Counted from the stretch's first letter, positions 1 through 11,245 are shown. The stretch: 64,000 nt of DNA from Candidatus Saccharimonadales bacterium (GCA_035247965.1 DATFHW010000025.1:510551-574550); one strand, 5' to 3'. The notes: a model not told the origin generated them from the sequence alone. Translations and numbers: made by a program.

Positions 1-1
1 C

Positions 2-643
2 CTTCTAGAAAGCGTTGGCGTTATTGGCGGATTGCTGGCAATTGCTGGCATCATTTTTGCCGAAGCCGGCCTGCTGATTGGGTTCTTTCTGCCTGGTGAT
101 ACACTTTTGTTTCCTGCTGGATTTTTTGCTGCGCAGGGTAAATTACCGCTTGCTGGCGTACTAATTGCCGCTTTCGTTGGATCGGTTATTGGCAACGAGG
201 TTGGCTACATTATTGGCAAAAAAAGCGGCCCTCGCGTATTTCGCAAGGAGGACGGCATTATTTTTCGCCGCGAATACATTACCAAAGCTGGCGAATTTTA
301 CGAAAAACACGGTGGCAAAACAATTATCTTTGCTCGATTCATTCCTATTCTGCGCACGTTTGCACCATTGGTTGCGGGCGTTGGCGGTATGAATCGTCGC
401 AAATTCTTCTTGTATAACATTATTGGTGCAATTGGCTGGGTTGGTTCCACCGTTTTGCTGGGGTACTGGCTGGGGAGCAAAATTCCAAATATCGATCATT
501 ATATTTTGCCGGCAATTGGCGTAGCCACGCTGTTTACCTTTGGACCTACGCTGCTACATTTGCTCCGAGAGCCACGTTTACGAGCCTGGATCGGCGACCA
601 ATGGCAGCGCGTTATGATGCGCCTGCAACGACGAAGCAAGTAG
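2..643 (+). CDS. DedA / SNARE-associated family membrane protein (N-terminus may lie upstream of the window)
   Basis: ORF track 32..643 (TTG). The frame stays open back to nt 2. Motif FLPGDTLLFPAGFFAAQG plus several hydrophobic helices is typical of DedA. Confidence 0.8.
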   Translation, partial: LLESVGVIGGLLAIAGIIFAEAGLLIGFFLPGDTLLFPAGFFAAQGKLPLAGVLIAAFVGSVIGNEVGYIIGKKSGPRVFRKEDGIIFRREYITKAGEFYEKHGGKTIIFARFIPILRTFAPLVAGVGGMNRRKFFLYNIIGAIGWVGSTVLLGYWLGSKIPNIDHYILPAIGVATLFTFGPTLLHLLREPRLRAWIGDQWQRVMMRLQRRSK

Positions 644-809
644 TTTCTTTAGCCTAGAGCTTGCAAATTGTGGCAACTCTGGGTACTATAACGCAACCAC
701 TGAGGTGTAGATGCGACTATTTTTTGTTACCTAAACAGCAAAGGATGTCTCATGACGCAGCTATAATCTCATATCTCTTGAAAGATGCGCTTTCAATAAA
801 CCACTGTCG

Positions 810-1175
810 ATGGGAACGGCCTTATTAAGAGTATCCTCTGCTTTGCCGTCCTTCAGGAGAGGTATGAAAAACCGCAACTCTTTTACGCTCGATACGCGGA
901 CTACAGAGTGGCATCAGTACCATTTGGGCGATGCTCTTTTACGCAACGACGTGTCGTGGCGTGCTTGGCGCTATGCGCTTCAGCAACACCTTACACCCCA
1001 GCAGCTTGCCGCCCAGGCCTGTGCTATTTGCCAAACTCCGGTAACACCGCAAAAACTTTTTGCCAGTGATTACCTGGGTGGCTATCACCTGCTTTACTGT
1101 GCTCGACCTTGTCAAACACCGGCCGAACAATCTGCGCGGCGCACCATTGAAGACATAGAAAACGATTTGGGCTAA
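810..1175 (+). CDS. hypothetical protein with Cys pairs (CAIC..YCARPC)
   Basis: 121-aa ORF with no clear SD. An alternative Met lies at 864. No family recognised. Confidence 0.35.
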   Translation: MGTALLRVSSALPSFRRGMKNRNSFTLDTRTTEWHQYHLGDALLRNDVSWRAWRYALQQHLTPQQLAAQACAICQTPVTPQKLFASDYLGGYHLLYCARPCQTPAEQSARRTIEDIENDLG

Positions 1176-1693
1176 TCGTTTTTGTTAATTTCTTGATTAA
1201 TAAGGTCACGAATGATTTCGGACTTGTTCTTGCCTGTCTCGTACGCTTGCGTTCGCAGGTAATTGTAAATCGGACGATCAATAAACATATTAAATCGCAG
1301 ATCTTTGGTAGAAATTGTGTTGGTATGAATAAATCGTGTGAGCAGTTTTGCCAGCTCGTCTTGATTGGCGTATGTTTCCAGCACAAGAAGTCGATTACGA
1401 TATCGCGCCAGCGCTGTATGCTCGAGCGATGCTTGCGAAACAACAAGTGTTGGCTTCTTTTGCTGCAAAGCGATCGCCACCTGCATGCCTTGGTCTAAGC
1501 CATACTCGCTCGCCTCAACCACAACAATATCCGCGTGGCTCATTGCTGCAATTTCGGCCTCCAGCGAAGCATTGCCCTTGGGCTGATCGTATGCCAGCAC
1601 ACAGTCATTTTGTTCGGTAACGTGCTTAATAGTAGCAATAAACGGGGCCGGTTTTTGGAACTGTTTAACAGCACCAGTCACATGAATAATCAT
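1172..1693 (-). CDS. Rossmann-like (nucleoside 2-deoxyribosyltransferase-like) domain protein with C-terminal ribbon-helix-helix
   Basis: Motif ADIVVVEASEYGLDQGMQVAIALQQKKPTLVV resembles the NDT-fold core. The C-terminal RFNMFIDRPIYNYLRTQAYETGKNKSEIIRDLI fits a beta-strand/helix/helix RHH pattern. Confidence 0.6.
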   Translation of the reverse strand: MIIHVTGAVKQFQKPAPFIATIKHVTEQNDCVLAYDQPKGNASLEAEIAAMSHADIVVVEASEYGLDQGMQVAIALQQKKPTLVVSQASLEHTALARYRNRLLVLETYANQDELAKLLTRFIHTNTISTKDLRFNMFIDRPIYNYLRTQAYETGKNKSEIIRDLINQEINKND

Positions 1694-1812
1694 GGCTCAT
1701 TCCTTGGGCTTAACTTGTAATAGAAAGACGAAAGCCCTTATTATAGCCAAATTAAACGGACAACTCAAATCGAATTGTCCGCTGCTTGCTACCTCTGTAA
1801 CTTTACTAAAAA

Positions 1813-2388
1813 TTAGGGTCTGTAATCTTGTCGTTCAATGTCATGTAGCACCAATTCACGCAAGATTTCAGCCTTAGTCTTGCCGCTCTTAAACGATGCC
1901 CAGCGCAAGTAATTGTAGATCTGGCGATCAATAAAGAAGTTAAAACGCATATCCTTGGACTGCACTTCGTTCTCATTTATGAATCCGGAGATAATTTCTT
2001 GCAGATTTTTTTCATCGTACACGCCATGACGCACCCAACCGTCTTCCACACCTGTCACAAACGCATCACGATCGGCGTTCTTGTGGCGCAGTAGCAAAAT
2101 TGGCTTCTTTTGTTGAATTGCGATTGCGATCTGATAACCAACTGCAAAACTGTCGTGGCTCGTTTCGGCAATAATAACGTCCGCTTGTGCAATAGCGCCC
2201 AAGCTCTCTTTAACAATGGTTGCCCAATCTTCAGATACGACACCTGAATCGGTATACGCATTGACGGCTTCGCCGAGCCAATCGCGTGCGACATTGCTGC
2301 CTGCTGCACGGACGGCATCTATAATCATCTTTAAAGAAGCTGTGTCCTCTTGAAGACTTTGCCTTGATGCTGTAAAGTGTACTTTCAT
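1813..2388 (-). CDS. paralog of 1172..1693: NDT-like domain with C-terminal ribbon-helix-helix
   Basis: Same architecture: ADVIIAETSHDSFAVGYQIAIAIQQKKPILLL and the C-terminal RFNFFIDRQIYNYLRWASFKSGKTKAEILRELV. Confidence 0.6.
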   Translation of the reverse strand: MKVHFTASRQSLQEDTASLKMIIDAVRAAGSNVARDWLGEAVNAYTDSGVVSEDWATIVKESLGAIAQADVIIAETSHDSFAVGYQIAIAIQQKKPILLLRHKNADRDAFVTGVEDGWVRHGVYDEKNLQEIISGFINENEVQSKDMRFNFFIDRQIYNYLRWASFKSGKTKAEILRELVLHDIERQDYRP

Positions 2389-2564
2389 GCGCTGACCTGT
2401 TCTAACCGCTTAGTTTTTTACCATTTTTACCACGGGAGAAGTCCCTAAACTCTTTAAACCTATGTTATACTCTATGCATTTCTAGCAAAATTTGCAATAT
2501 TTTGGTTTAATTTTACTATAGAGAGTATGTCATGCCAGGAAACTGGTTAAAATTATAATGAATA

Positions 2565-3185
2565 ATGGAAAGCCCTAACGACCACACACTTGCCGCATAT
2601 AATGAGAATGTTCTAGCCTACAAGAAAAATACGCCACAAGATATCAAATCCCATTCACAGCGAATGCTTGAATGGATCAATGAGTCATTGTCATATCTTC
2701 CGCCCCACGGAAAGGTATTTGAAATAGGTAGTGCAACACTCAGAGACGCCAGCTACATTCGAGAGCGCGGCTTTGTTGTAACATGCAGCGACGCAGCCAT
2801 CGGTTTCGTTAACGACCTTCGTGCACAAGGAGAGCAAGCATTAGTGCTCAACGTGCTCAAAGACCGCATACCACAAGGTTACGACATGATTTTTGCCAAC
2901 TCGGTCTTTCACCACTTCACTGATGACGATGCCAATCGCGCAATTGCGCAGATTTCGGCCGCACTTGAACCGGGCAAAATATTTTCTTTTTGCGTACGAG
3001 TTGGCAGCGGAGAAACGTGGGTCTCTGAAAAGTTCGCCGACAAGCGATATGTCCATTTCTGGAACGTCGATACGTTAGTGCCGTTGTTGTGGAAGAATGG
3101 ATTTGAGGTGTTGCTTACCAGCTCGAACATCGGCAACTTCCCTGACCACTTATGGCTCAATATCATTGCGCGCAAGCGTTCGTAA
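2565..3185 (+). CDS. class I SAM-dependent methyltransferase
   Basis: 206 aa. It has a VFEIGSATLRD glycine-rich SAM motif followed by an acidic loop (TCSD) and a later ANSVFHH motif. Confidence 0.65.
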   Translation: MESPNDHTLAAYNENVLAYKKNTPQDIKSHSQRMLEWINESLSYLPPHGKVFEIGSATLRDASYIRERGFVVTCSDAAIGFVNDLRAQGEQALVLNVLKDRIPQGYDMIFANSVFHHFTDDDANRAIAQISAALEPGKIFSFCVRVGSGETWVSEKFADKRYVHFWNVDTLVPLLWKNGFEVLLTSSNIGNFPDHLWLNIIARKRS

Positions 3186-3248
3186 CAAACTTTACGCATA
3201 CATGCGCGGTGATGTATAATATGTGTATAAGGTAACGTAGGTAATTAT

Positions 3249-3779
3249 ATGCGGCTTACAACTCACATTATTGGGACGCACAAAGCTCCAATTGCAGTGC
3301 TCTGCGATCAGCTTTTGGCACAAGATATCAAGGCAACTCATCCGGGAAACGATGAGTTTTTTAATACTTCAGAATGGTCAGAATACGAAGTTGACCTCTG
3401 TAATTATGAGGCGATTGCCGCTCGCACCATACTAATTGTTTGCAACGTAGGGCCAATCACAACCACCGTGGCACAGCAAATTTGCTACGCGATGGCCAAA
3501 AATAAACCGATAATCCTAACCAATGAACTGGTCTTTGCGCCTGACGTCAATCACCGCCTTGCCGACATCATTGTACGCCACGCACAACAACTTCACAGTT
3601 CAGAATCGGTTGATCATCTGGGCAATTTTTTGCATACCTTACCGCGTAAACAACTATACAATTTGACCACTCCTGAGCAATTGCGCATAGCCATGACCTG
3701 TCGCGAGCACTTCCGTGAGCTGCTGCAAAAGCCTGCCAAACATCTGTCGGCATTGCCGCAAAACGCGCACGCCCTGTAG
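3249..3779 (+). CDS. hypothetical protein, possibly a third NDT-like fold member
   Basis: ILIVCNVGPITTTVAQQICYAMAKNKPIILTNE resembles the core motif of the two upstream paralogs. It has no RHH tail. Confidence 0.4.
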   Translation: MRLTTHIIGTHKAPIAVLCDQLLAQDIKATHPGNDEFFNTSEWSEYEVDLCNYEAIAARTILIVCNVGPITTTVAQQICYAMAKNKPIILTNELVFAPDVNHRLADIIVRHAQQLHSSESVDHLGNFLHTLPRKQLYNLTTPEQLRIAMTCREHFRELLQKPAKHLSALPQNAHAL

Positions 3780-6590
3780 CTAGAGCATCTTCTTTAGGAA
3801 CGTTGCCGTGTAGCTGCCCTTTGCCTTGGCAACCTGCTCTGGAGTGCCTTCGGCCACCACCATGCCGCCACCCGAGCCACCCTCAGGGCCCATGTCAATG
3901 ATCCAGTCAGCGGCTTTTACCACGTCTAGATTGTGTTCGATCACCACCATGCTGTTGCCAGCATCCACCAAAGCGTGCAGCACGTCCAGCAGGCGGTCAA
4001 CGTCTGCCATATGCAAACCAGTGGTTGGCTCGTCCAAAATATACAACGTGCGACCCGTTGGACGACGCGAAAGCTCGCTGGCCAATTTGATGCGCTGCGC
4101 TTCGCCGCCAGACAACTGCGTGGCTGGCTGACCAAGGCTAATATAACCTAGGCCAACGTCCACCATCGTTTGCAATTTACGGGCAATAGTTGGCACATTT
4201 GCAAAAAATTCCAGTGCTTGCTCGCAGGTCATAGACAGCACGTCGCTAATAGTCTGACCTTTGTAGGTAATCTCCAGTGCCTCGCGGTTGTAGCGCTTGC
4301 CGTGACAAACTTCGCACGGTACGTACACATCTGGCAAAAAGTGCATTTCAATCTTGATAATACCGTCGCCGGCGCAGTTTTCGCAGCGGCCGCCCTTAAC
4401 GTTAAAGCTGAAGCGACCGGGGCTATAACCTCGTAGTTTTGCTTCTGGTGTTTGGGCAAATAGCTCACGAATAGGCGTGAACAAACCCGTGTATGTTGCC
4501 GGATTGCTGCGTGGTGTGCGGCCAATTGGCGACTGATCAATAATAATTGCCTTGTCTAGCTCCTTGATGCCTTCAATGTCATCGTGTTTACCTGGAACTG
4601 TGCTAGCGCGATGCAAACGAGCCTGCAGCTCTTTGGCCAGAATGTCGTTAATGAGGCTGGATTTGCCCGAGCCCGAAACACCCGACACAACCACCAACTT
4701 GCCCAACGGAATTTCTACCGTTACGTCACGTAAGTTGTTTTCACGAGCTCCCACAATCTTCAGAGATTTACCATTGCCCTTGCGTCGTTTCTTAGGCACC
4801 GCAATCTGTTTTGTGCCCGACAAATACTGGCCGGTAACACTTTTTGGATTCTTTTCGACTTCAGCAGGAGTTCCTGCGGCAATGACATGGCCACCGTGAA
4901 TGCCAGCGCCGGGGCCAATGTCTAGCAGATAGTCGGCGGTGCGAATTGTGTCCTCGTCGTGCTCGACTACCAAAACGGTGTTGCCCAGGTCGCGCAAATG
5001 CTTCAAGGTGCGGATTAAACGGTCGTTATCGCGTTGGTGCAGCCCAATACTTGGTTCATCCAGTACGTACAACACGCCCTGCAAACCAGAACCAATTTGC
5101 GTTGCCAAGCGAATACGCTGCGCTTCGCCGCCAGACAAGGTAGTTGCGCTACGCAAAAGTGTCAGATAATTCAGCCCCACATCTTGCAAGAATCCCAAGC
5201 GCGCGCCAACCTCCTTCAAGACCAGGCGCGCAATCTGCATATCTTTGTCGTTCAGGCTTAACGCACCAAAGTAGCTCACGGCGTCGTCAATTGACATCTG
5301 ACAGATGTCCATAATGCTGTGGTCGGCAATGGTAATTGCCAGAACTTCGGGCTTCAGGCGCAGGCCATGGCATTTGTAACATGGTTTTTCAACCATAAAT
5401 CGTTCAATGTCAGTGCGCATAAAGTCGCTGTCGGTTTCTTTGTGACGACGTTCCAAGTTTGGAATGACACCCTCGTACGTGGTCTCAAAATTGCGGCCGC
5501 CGCCCAGACTGACTTTGTAGGTTTCGGTGCCAGTGCCGTACATAATTCGTTCCATGTTTTCGGCTGAGATTTCACCGGTTGGCACGTGCAAACTGAACTT
5601 GTATCTATCGGCGACTGCTTGTAGTTTTTTCATATACCAAGCGTCGGTATTGACGCGGTTGAACGGGCGAATCGCGCCTTCGGCGATCGTTAAACGGCCG
5701 TTTGGAATCACCAGCTCGGGGTCAACTTCCAAACGCGAGCCCAAACCAGTACACACCGGGCAAGCTCCTTGCGGCGAGTTAAAGCTGAACGTACGTGGTT
5801 CCAGTTCTGGAATCGCAATTTCGGGGTGGTCAATACACGCGTACATCAGACTGTATTGAAACTCTTCTTGGTTGTCGGCGTTTACCACGCGGATTTTGCC
5901 CTCGGCTACTTCCAGCGCTTGTTCCACAGACTGCGCTAAGCGCGAACGACTTTCTTCGTTGTTTACCAAACGGTCAATTACCACTTCAATAGTGTGCTTG
6001 TAGTTTTTGTCGAGCACCGGAAATTCGTCCAGCGCATACACTACACCGTCCACGCGGGCGCGAGCAAAACCGGCGCGCATGTACTGCTCGGGAATGTGCT
6101 CAAAAGCACCTTTTTTGGCCGAAACCACCGGCGCCATAATCATCAAACGAGCATCAGTCGGCAAGGTGGCAATTTGGTCCACAATGTTCTGCGTGGTTTG
6201 ACGCGTGACTGGCTTGCCACAAACTGGGCAATGCGGCACACCGATGCGCGCAAACAGCAAACGCAAATAGTCATAAATTTCGGTTACCGTAGCCACTGTG
6301 CTGCGCGGGTTGCGGCTGGTAGACTTTTGGTCAATCGAGATTGCAGGTGACAGACCATCAATTTGGTCAACGTCTGGTTTTTCCATGAGTCCCAAAAACT
6401 GTCGAGCATAGGAGCTCAAAGATTCTACGTAACGGCGCTGGCCCTCGGCATAAATAGTATCAAACGCCAAAGATGATTTGCCCGAACCGGACAAACCAGT
6501 AATAACCACCAGCTTTTCGCGTGGTAGCTCTACATCAACATTCTTGAGGTTGTGCTCGCGCGCACCTTTTACAACAATTTTTCCCGACAT
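3780..6590 (-). CDS. uvrA: excinuclease ABC subunit A
   Basis: 936 aa with two ABC ATPase modules ([25 protein letters not shown]), LSGGE signatures and CxxC zinc modules. Confidence 0.97.
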   Translation of the reverse strand: MSGKIVVKGAREHNLKNVDVELPREKLVVITGLSGSGKSSLAFDTIYAEGQRRYVESLSSYARQFLGLMEKPDVDQIDGLSPAISIDQKSTSRNPRSTVATVTEIYDYLRLLFARIGVPHCPVCGKPVTRQTTQNIVDQIATLPTDARLMIMAPVVSAKKGAFEHIPEQYMRAGFARARVDGVVYALDEFPVLDKNYKHTIEVVIDRLVNNEESRSRLAQSVEQALEVAEGKIRVVNADNQEEFQYSLMYACIDHPEIAIPELEPRTFSFNSPQGACPVCTGLGSRLEVDPELVIPNGRLTIAEGAIRPFNRVNTDAWYMKKLQAVADRYKFSLHVPTGEISAENMERIMYGTGTETYKVSLGGGRNFETTYEGVIPNLERRHKETDSDFMRTDIERFMVEKPCYKCHGLRLKPEVLAITIADHSIMDICQMSIDDAVSYFGALSLNDKDMQIARLVLKEVGARLGFLQDVGLNYLTLLRSATTLSGGEAQRIRLATQIGSGLQGVLYVLDEPSIGLHQRDNDRLIRTLKHLRDLGNTVLVVEHDEDTIRTADYLLDIGPGAGIHGGHVIAAGTPAEVEKNPKSVTGQYLSGTKQIAVPKKRRKGNGKSLKIVGARENNLRDVTVEIPLGKLVVVSGVSGSGKSSLINDILAKELQARLHRASTVPGKHDDIEGIKELDKAIIIDQSPIGRTPRSNPATYTGLFTPIRELFAQTPEAKLRGYSPGRFSFNVKGGRCENCAGDGIIKIEMHFLPDVYVPCEVCHGKRYNREALEITYKGQTISDVLSMTCEQALEFFANVPTIARKLQTMVDVGLGYISLGQPATQLSGGEAQRIKLASELSRRPTGRTLYILDEPTTGLHMADVDRLLDVLHALVDAGNSMVVIEHNLDVVKAADWIIDMGPEGGSGGGMVVAEGTPEQVAKAKGSYTATFLKKML

Positions 6591-6691
6591 GCGGTGGCTC
6601 TCTTTAAACAGGTATAGTATACGCGAAAAATCATCATTTATCTACCCCGCCTTGCACAAACCCCGGCCAGTCTGCAGGTTACGTTCGGCAC

Positions 6692-6979
6692 ATGCGGTAT
6701 AATACGAGAATGAATACATTGTACAAGTGGTGGAAAAGCATTCCGGTTGCCGTGCGTAAACCGTTGGTTTTTATGATTGGTTTTGCGGTGGTTGCGGCAG
6801 GCATTGCCATGTTAGTGTTGCCCGGCCCGGGTTGGGCGGCAATCTTTCTGGGATTCGCCATTTTGGCTACTGAATTTGCCTTTGCTGAGCGCGTTCGCGA
6901 TTGGTTAGTCGGGCAACTGCACAAGCTTATTGACTGGGCGCAAGCCAAGTGGAATAGACTTCGCCGCAAAAAGCGCTAA
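6692..6979 (+). CDS. PGPGW-motif small membrane protein
   Basis: Literal [26 protein letters not shown] motif. TATAAT lies 6 nt upstream of the ATG, so the transcript looks leaderless. Confidence 0.7.
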   Translation: MRYNTRMNTLYKWWKSIPVAVRKPLVFMIGFAVVAAGIAMLVLPGPGWAAIFLGFAILATEFAFAERVRDWLVGQLHKLIDWAQAKWNRLRRKKR

Positions 6980-7067
6980 TGCTTATATATAATATATTTG
7001 ACTCTTAAGCAAACTTAAATGTATTATACGTTTAATTAGTTTTATCGGTTTCAAATGGAGGTAGCAC

Positions 7068-7262
7068 ATGTCCGAGTTTATCGTGTTGGGCCTGATTCCT
7101 GGCACCCACGCACAAATCACTTTTGCAATCTGGTTGATTGTTGCAGGTTTTATTACAGCAGCAGTCATCTTGCGTGCAAGTTTAAAAACCCGCGTTTTTC
7201 AAGCCTGGGTTATTGCAACAAGCTTGATGATCGCCGTACAGCGTAGTCAGTTGCGCGCCTAA
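7068..7262 (+). CDS. small 2-TM membrane protein
   Basis: 64 aa. GGAGG lies 7 nt upstream of the ATG. Two hydrophobic helices. Confidence 0.55.
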   Translation: MSEFIVLGLIPGTHAQITFAIWLIVAGFITAAVILRASLKTRVFQAWVIATSLMIAVQRSQLRA

Positions 7263-7297
7263 CGATTCTAGTTCAACGCTAGAAGTGCCCGAAAGTC

Positions 7298-8740
7298 TTA
7301 GTCAACTTCGGGCATTACGCTTTCGGCATACAGTTTGAGCTCTTCTAAAATGTATTCTTGGTGGCCAGTTAGATTGCCCTGGTTGGCAATATCTTGCAAG
7401 CGGCCCATAAACCAGCCCATGCGGCTTTTTGACCCGCCGCCCAGTAGTTGTTTTTTACAAAACTCGTCCCAGGCTTGGCGTTCTTCATCATTTAGCTGCT
7501 TTGGGTGATTGCGCGCTTTGTATAACGGCAACAACGCTTCCAGGCGTTTGTCCTTAAAGTGCAAGCCAAGATCGCCCAATTCTGCGGGCTGTGCAGCGCG
7601 AACCACGCGCATAGATTGTTTGTCTTGCGGCCCAAAAAATCCGTCATATAGCTGGCTATCCACATGTCGATCGTCTGCCAATAATGTGGTTTGGAATCCA
7701 GCGTCCAAAATGTCGGCCGCTTTACGGACGTTATCGGCAAAGCCAGGCATGGCGCGCAAAGCGTTAAAGTTCTTTTGGATTGTTTGCAGGTCTATTTGCA
7801 GACGTTCGCGGCTGGCGTCATCCAGCACGCCCAACGGCGCAACCGCCGGACATTTATTGTAGGCCAATTGCTTAACCGGTAGCCGCGGTTCGGTACTGTC
7901 TTTTTTCCACTTCCAGGCTTCGGCCAACTGTTCTGGTGTCACGTCTTTGTACTGCAACGGATCATTCCGCAAGTCGAACACCAGCGCTGTGCCCTGCTTT
8001 TTGGGATGATCGCCCAGTTTTACCGCCACGGCTGTTTTTTCAAATTCGCTAGAATACTGACCACTGGTGTATACAAACGGCTGCTCGGCGTCCACAAGAT
8101 CTGCAACTTTGCGTTTGTCGCGCATACTAAACAGATAGTCAAACATTTTTGGTTGTTTGTTGCGGATCAGACGAGCAACTTCAATGGTGGCGTACACGTC
8201 GCTGAGTGCGTCGTGAGCGTGCTCGTGGCTCAATCCGTTAAGACCAGTGAGCAGTTCCAGGCGATTGGTTGGTTTACCGTTTACGTCAAATGGCCACTTG
8301 ATGCCTTCTGGCCGAAGCGCACGCACCATTCGAACCACGTCCAGAATATCCCAGCGTGATTTGCCATCTTGCCATTGCCATTCGTAGGCGTCGTAAAAAT
8401 TGCGATAGTGCAAGCAGCGCATAAATTCGTCGTCAAAACGAACAGTGTTAAAACCCAAAAAAACGGTGCCCGGCGTGGCAATATTTTCGGCAAAGTGCTG
8501 CAAAAACTCAGCTTCGGTGATGCCATCGGCCAGCGTTTGTTGCGGTGTAATGCCGGTGATCAAAATGGCGTCAGGATCCGGTAAAATGTCTGGCGTCAGC
8601 TTAATAAGAATGTTTTCGGGCTCGCCAATTGGCTTCAAGTTAAGGTCGGTGCGCACACCAGCGAACTGCATAATTCGGGCGTCACGGCTGTTGATACCGC
8701 TGGTTTCAAGGTCGTAAAAGAAAAAACTGGCAGGTTGCAT
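7298..8740 (-). CDS. sbcB: exodeoxyribonuclease I
   Basis: 480 aa. N-terminal FYDLETSG DEDDh exonuclease motif, later HDALSDV, and an ExoI-type C-terminal domain. Confidence 0.85.
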   Translation of the reverse strand: MQPASFFFYDLETSGINSRDARIMQFAGVRTDLNLKPIGEPENILIKLTPDILPDPDAILITGITPQQTLADGITEAEFLQHFAENIATPGTVFLGFNTVRFDDEFMRCLHYRNFYDAYEWQWQDGKSRWDILDVVRMVRALRPEGIKWPFDVNGKPTNRLELLTGLNGLSHEHAHDALSDVYATIEVARLIRNKQPKMFDYLFSMRDKRKVADLVDAEQPFVYTSGQYSSEFEKTAVAVKLGDHPKKQGTALVFDLRNDPLQYKDVTPEQLAEAWKWKKDSTEPRLPVKQLAYNKCPAVAPLGVLDDASRERLQIDLQTIQKNFNALRAMPGFADNVRKAADILDAGFQTTLLADDRHVDSQLYDGFFGPQDKQSMRVVRAAQPAELGDLGLHFKDKRLEALLPLYKARNHPKQLNDEERQAWDEFCKKQLLGGGSKSRMGWFMGRLQDIANQGNLTGHQEYILEELKLYAESVMPEVD

Positions 8741-8776
8741 ACCTACCAGTGTAACATTTTGAGCCGAGGTGCCAAA

Positions 8777-10063
8777 TTAGTACGTGAATTGGCCGTGGCC
8801 GCCAATACGGATAACGTTGTCGGCTTCGATCCCCTGGCGAACCAGTTCGTGCATAATGCCCATTTTTTTCATGATGTCGCGCAGGCGTTGTACACCGTGT
8901 TCGTTTTCAAAGTCAGTACGAGCCGCAAACTTTTCGATCTTGTGGCCAGTGACCATAAAGGTGGTAGCGTTTTCTTTGGTAACCTTCCAGGCCATTTGTG
9001 TATTTTTAAGACCAAGCACTGGCAAACCAGCAGTTTCGTCTGATTCGGTTTCTTGGGCCAGGCGCTCGCGCTCGGCCGTAACCATAGTGCTGAGGTCTTG
9101 CAGCAGGTCTTGCACACCTTGGTGTGTTTGGGCAGAAATTGCCACAACCTGCGTGCCCTTAGGAACGATTTTCTGCAATTGTTTAATCTGATCTTGCACG
9201 ATATCGGCATCCAAACCCTCAATTTTGGTGACAGCTACAATTTGGGGTTTGCCAGATAGGTCAATCTTGTAAGCTTTTAGCTCATTCTGGATGGTTTGAT
9301 AGGCTTCGACAACGTCGGACTGATAGGCGTCAATCAGATGCAGCAACACAGCCGTGCGCTCTACGTGGCGCAAAAACTCGTCGCCCAAACCCTTGCCTTC
9401 AGCGGCGCCTTCAATGAGGCCAGGAATGTCGGCGATCAAAATACTAGTATGCTTGTCTACGTCGGCAACGCCCAAGTTCGGCGTAATAGTAGTGAACGGA
9501 TAGTTGGCGATCTCGGGGGTGGCATTACTGACCACGCTCAAAAATGTTGATTTACCAGCGTTTGGCAAGCCAACAAGACCTACGTCGGCAATCATTTTGA
9601 GCTCCATGCCAACTTGTAAGCGCTCGCCTTTTTCACCTTTTTCGGCAATACGAGGCGTTTGGCGAACCGAGCTCACAAAGTGTGCGTTACCAAAACCGCC
9701 GCGTCCGCCGCGCGCAATAATTGCCTGCTGGCCATCTTCGACCAAGTCGGCCAAGACGCTGCCATCTTCGGTGGTTACTGCGGTACCAACAGGTACGGGC
9801 ACCAGCAAGTCCTTGCCGCTTCGACCATGCTTGCGACTTTTACCGCCGGACTTACCAGGTTCAGCGGCTATTTCGCGTTGATAGCGAAAGTTTGCCAGCG
9901 TGTTCTGGTTACGGCTGGCCACAAACACGATGTTGCCGCCGTTACCACCGTCGCCGCCGTCTGGCCCACCCTTGTCAACGTAGATTTCATGGCGCCAGCT
10001 AACCACGCCGTTGCCACCGTCGCCTGCTGCGATTGAAACCGTTGCCTTATCAATAAAACTCAT
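8777..10063 (-). CDS. obg: GTPase Obg
   Basis: Glycine-rich Obg fold (GGDGGNGG), G1 motif GLPNAGKST, DIPGLIEGA, and a C-terminal OCT-like domain. Confidence 0.95.
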   Translation of the reverse strand: MSFIDKATVSIAAGDGGNGVVSWRHEIYVDKGGPDGGDGGNGGNIVFVASRNQNTLANFRYQREIAAEPGKSGGKSRKHGRSGKDLLVPVPVGTAVTTEDGSVLADLVEDGQQAIIARGGRGGFGNAHFVSSVRQTPRIAEKGEKGERLQVGMELKMIADVGLVGLPNAGKSTFLSVVSNATPEIANYPFTTITPNLGVADVDKHTSILIADIPGLIEGAAEGKGLGDEFLRHVERTAVLLHLIDAYQSDVVEAYQTIQNELKAYKIDLSGKPQIVAVTKIEGLDADIVQDQIKQLQKIVPKGTQVVAISAQTHQGVQDLLQDLSTMVTAERERLAQETESDETAGLPVLGLKNTQMAWKVTKENATTFMVTGHKIEKFAARTDFENEHGVQRLRDIMKKMGIMHELVRQGIEADNVIRIGGHGQFTY

Positions 10064-10123
10064 TAGGTCCTAGTATACCTGAAATATCCTAAAACATGAA
10101 ATCAAAATTCTTGCAAACTGGCC

Positions 10124-11245
10124 TTAGCGATAGATGTAATGAGGGAATTCTGAGGCCGAAACCCAGCCGCTGTAACCCACACGACCAAAGCCGGCCAGAC
10201 CATTCATATCGCTATATTTGATCATGGTTCCATCTGGCGAAACCGCCTCAACATAGGCTACGTGGCCAAAGGTACCGCGGTCGCGCTGCGCAATGGCACC
10301 CTGCCGAGGCACGCTACTCACAGTCCAACCGCTGCGGGGCGCAAGATTGTCCCAGGTGTTGGCGTTACCCCAGTTGGTCGGCACTGAAATACGGTTTGCC
10401 ACATACCAGGTACAGAATCCCCAGTCGTAGCCGTTGGCACCGTAAATTGCCGACGTGCCAAACGAGTAGGCTGACGTGGTCGTGGTGGATGTAGCCGAAT
10501 AGGTTTGCGTTTTAACCTGACCATTTGGGATCAGGATTTTCTCGCCGGGGCGAAGGCCGTTAATTTCGGCATCGTTAAAGGCAATAATTTGGTCGGCACT
10601 CGCGTTATATTTGCTGGCCAGCGATTGCGGGGTGTCCCCGGCGGCAACGGTGTACACGATGCCGTTCAAAGGTGGAATTTGCAGCGTGCTGCCCACGGTA
10701 ACAGCGTCGCCGTTTAGGTTGTTCGACCAACGGATACTGTCAGAAGTTACATTAAACTGTGCCGCAATGCTCGCTACGGTGTCGCCATCTTTAACCAAGT
10801 AGCTCTTGATGTCGCTGCGTGATTTAAGGTCGGTTGAAACGATCTGCGGCTTCGTAACCAAGCTGTCCGATGCGGTCACGGCCATTTCGGCGCTTACCGT
10901 ATCGGCCTGGTTTTTCACTGCTGTGGCCTCTGGCAAATCAGCGGCACGCGAAACAGACACTGCAATATCTGCAGATGACAACTGGTCGAGCGGGTTAGAT
11001 GCGCTCTGGCTGCTCGTAACTGAATTTTGCGGGGTGTACGATGATGCGCCTCCGCCGTTCAAAACAAAAACAATGATTCCACCCAACAGCAAGAAGTTCC
11101 CAGCCAGCAAACCATATCGAATAGTTCGCTTTTGGGACGCAAAACGCGCTAGTTTGGCACGAGTCCGAGCAAATCGGCTCACGCGAGCCTTTGGTGCAGT
11201 TTGTACTGCTTCCATTGGCTGTGAATATGAATGACTAATATGCAA
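10124..11245 (-). CDS. membrane-anchored peptidoglycan hydrolase with two LysM domains and a C-terminal CHAP domain
   Basis: LysM repeats (YLVKDGDTVASIAAQFNV, YTVAAGDTPQSLASKYNA). The CHAP domain shows the catalytic Cys context GFCTWYVA and a later GHVAYVE. Confidence 0.8.
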   Translation of the reverse strand: MHISHSYSQPMEAVQTAPKARVSRFARTRAKLARFASQKRTIRYGLLAGNFLLLGGIIVFVLNGGGASSYTPQNSVTSSQSASNPLDQLSSADIAVSVSRAADLPEATAVKNQADTVSAEMAVTASDSLVTKPQIVSTDLKSRSDIKSYLVKDGDTVASIAAQFNVTSDSIRWSNNLNGDAVTVGSTLQIPPLNGIVYTVAAGDTPQSLASKYNASADQIIAFNDAEINGLRPGEKILIPNGQVKTQTYSATSTTTTSAYSFGTSAIYGANGYDWGFCTWYVANRISVPTNWGNANTWDNLAPRSGWTVSSVPRQGAIAQRDRGTFGHVAYVEAVSPDGTMIKYSDMNGLAGFGRVGYSGWVSASEFPHYIYR

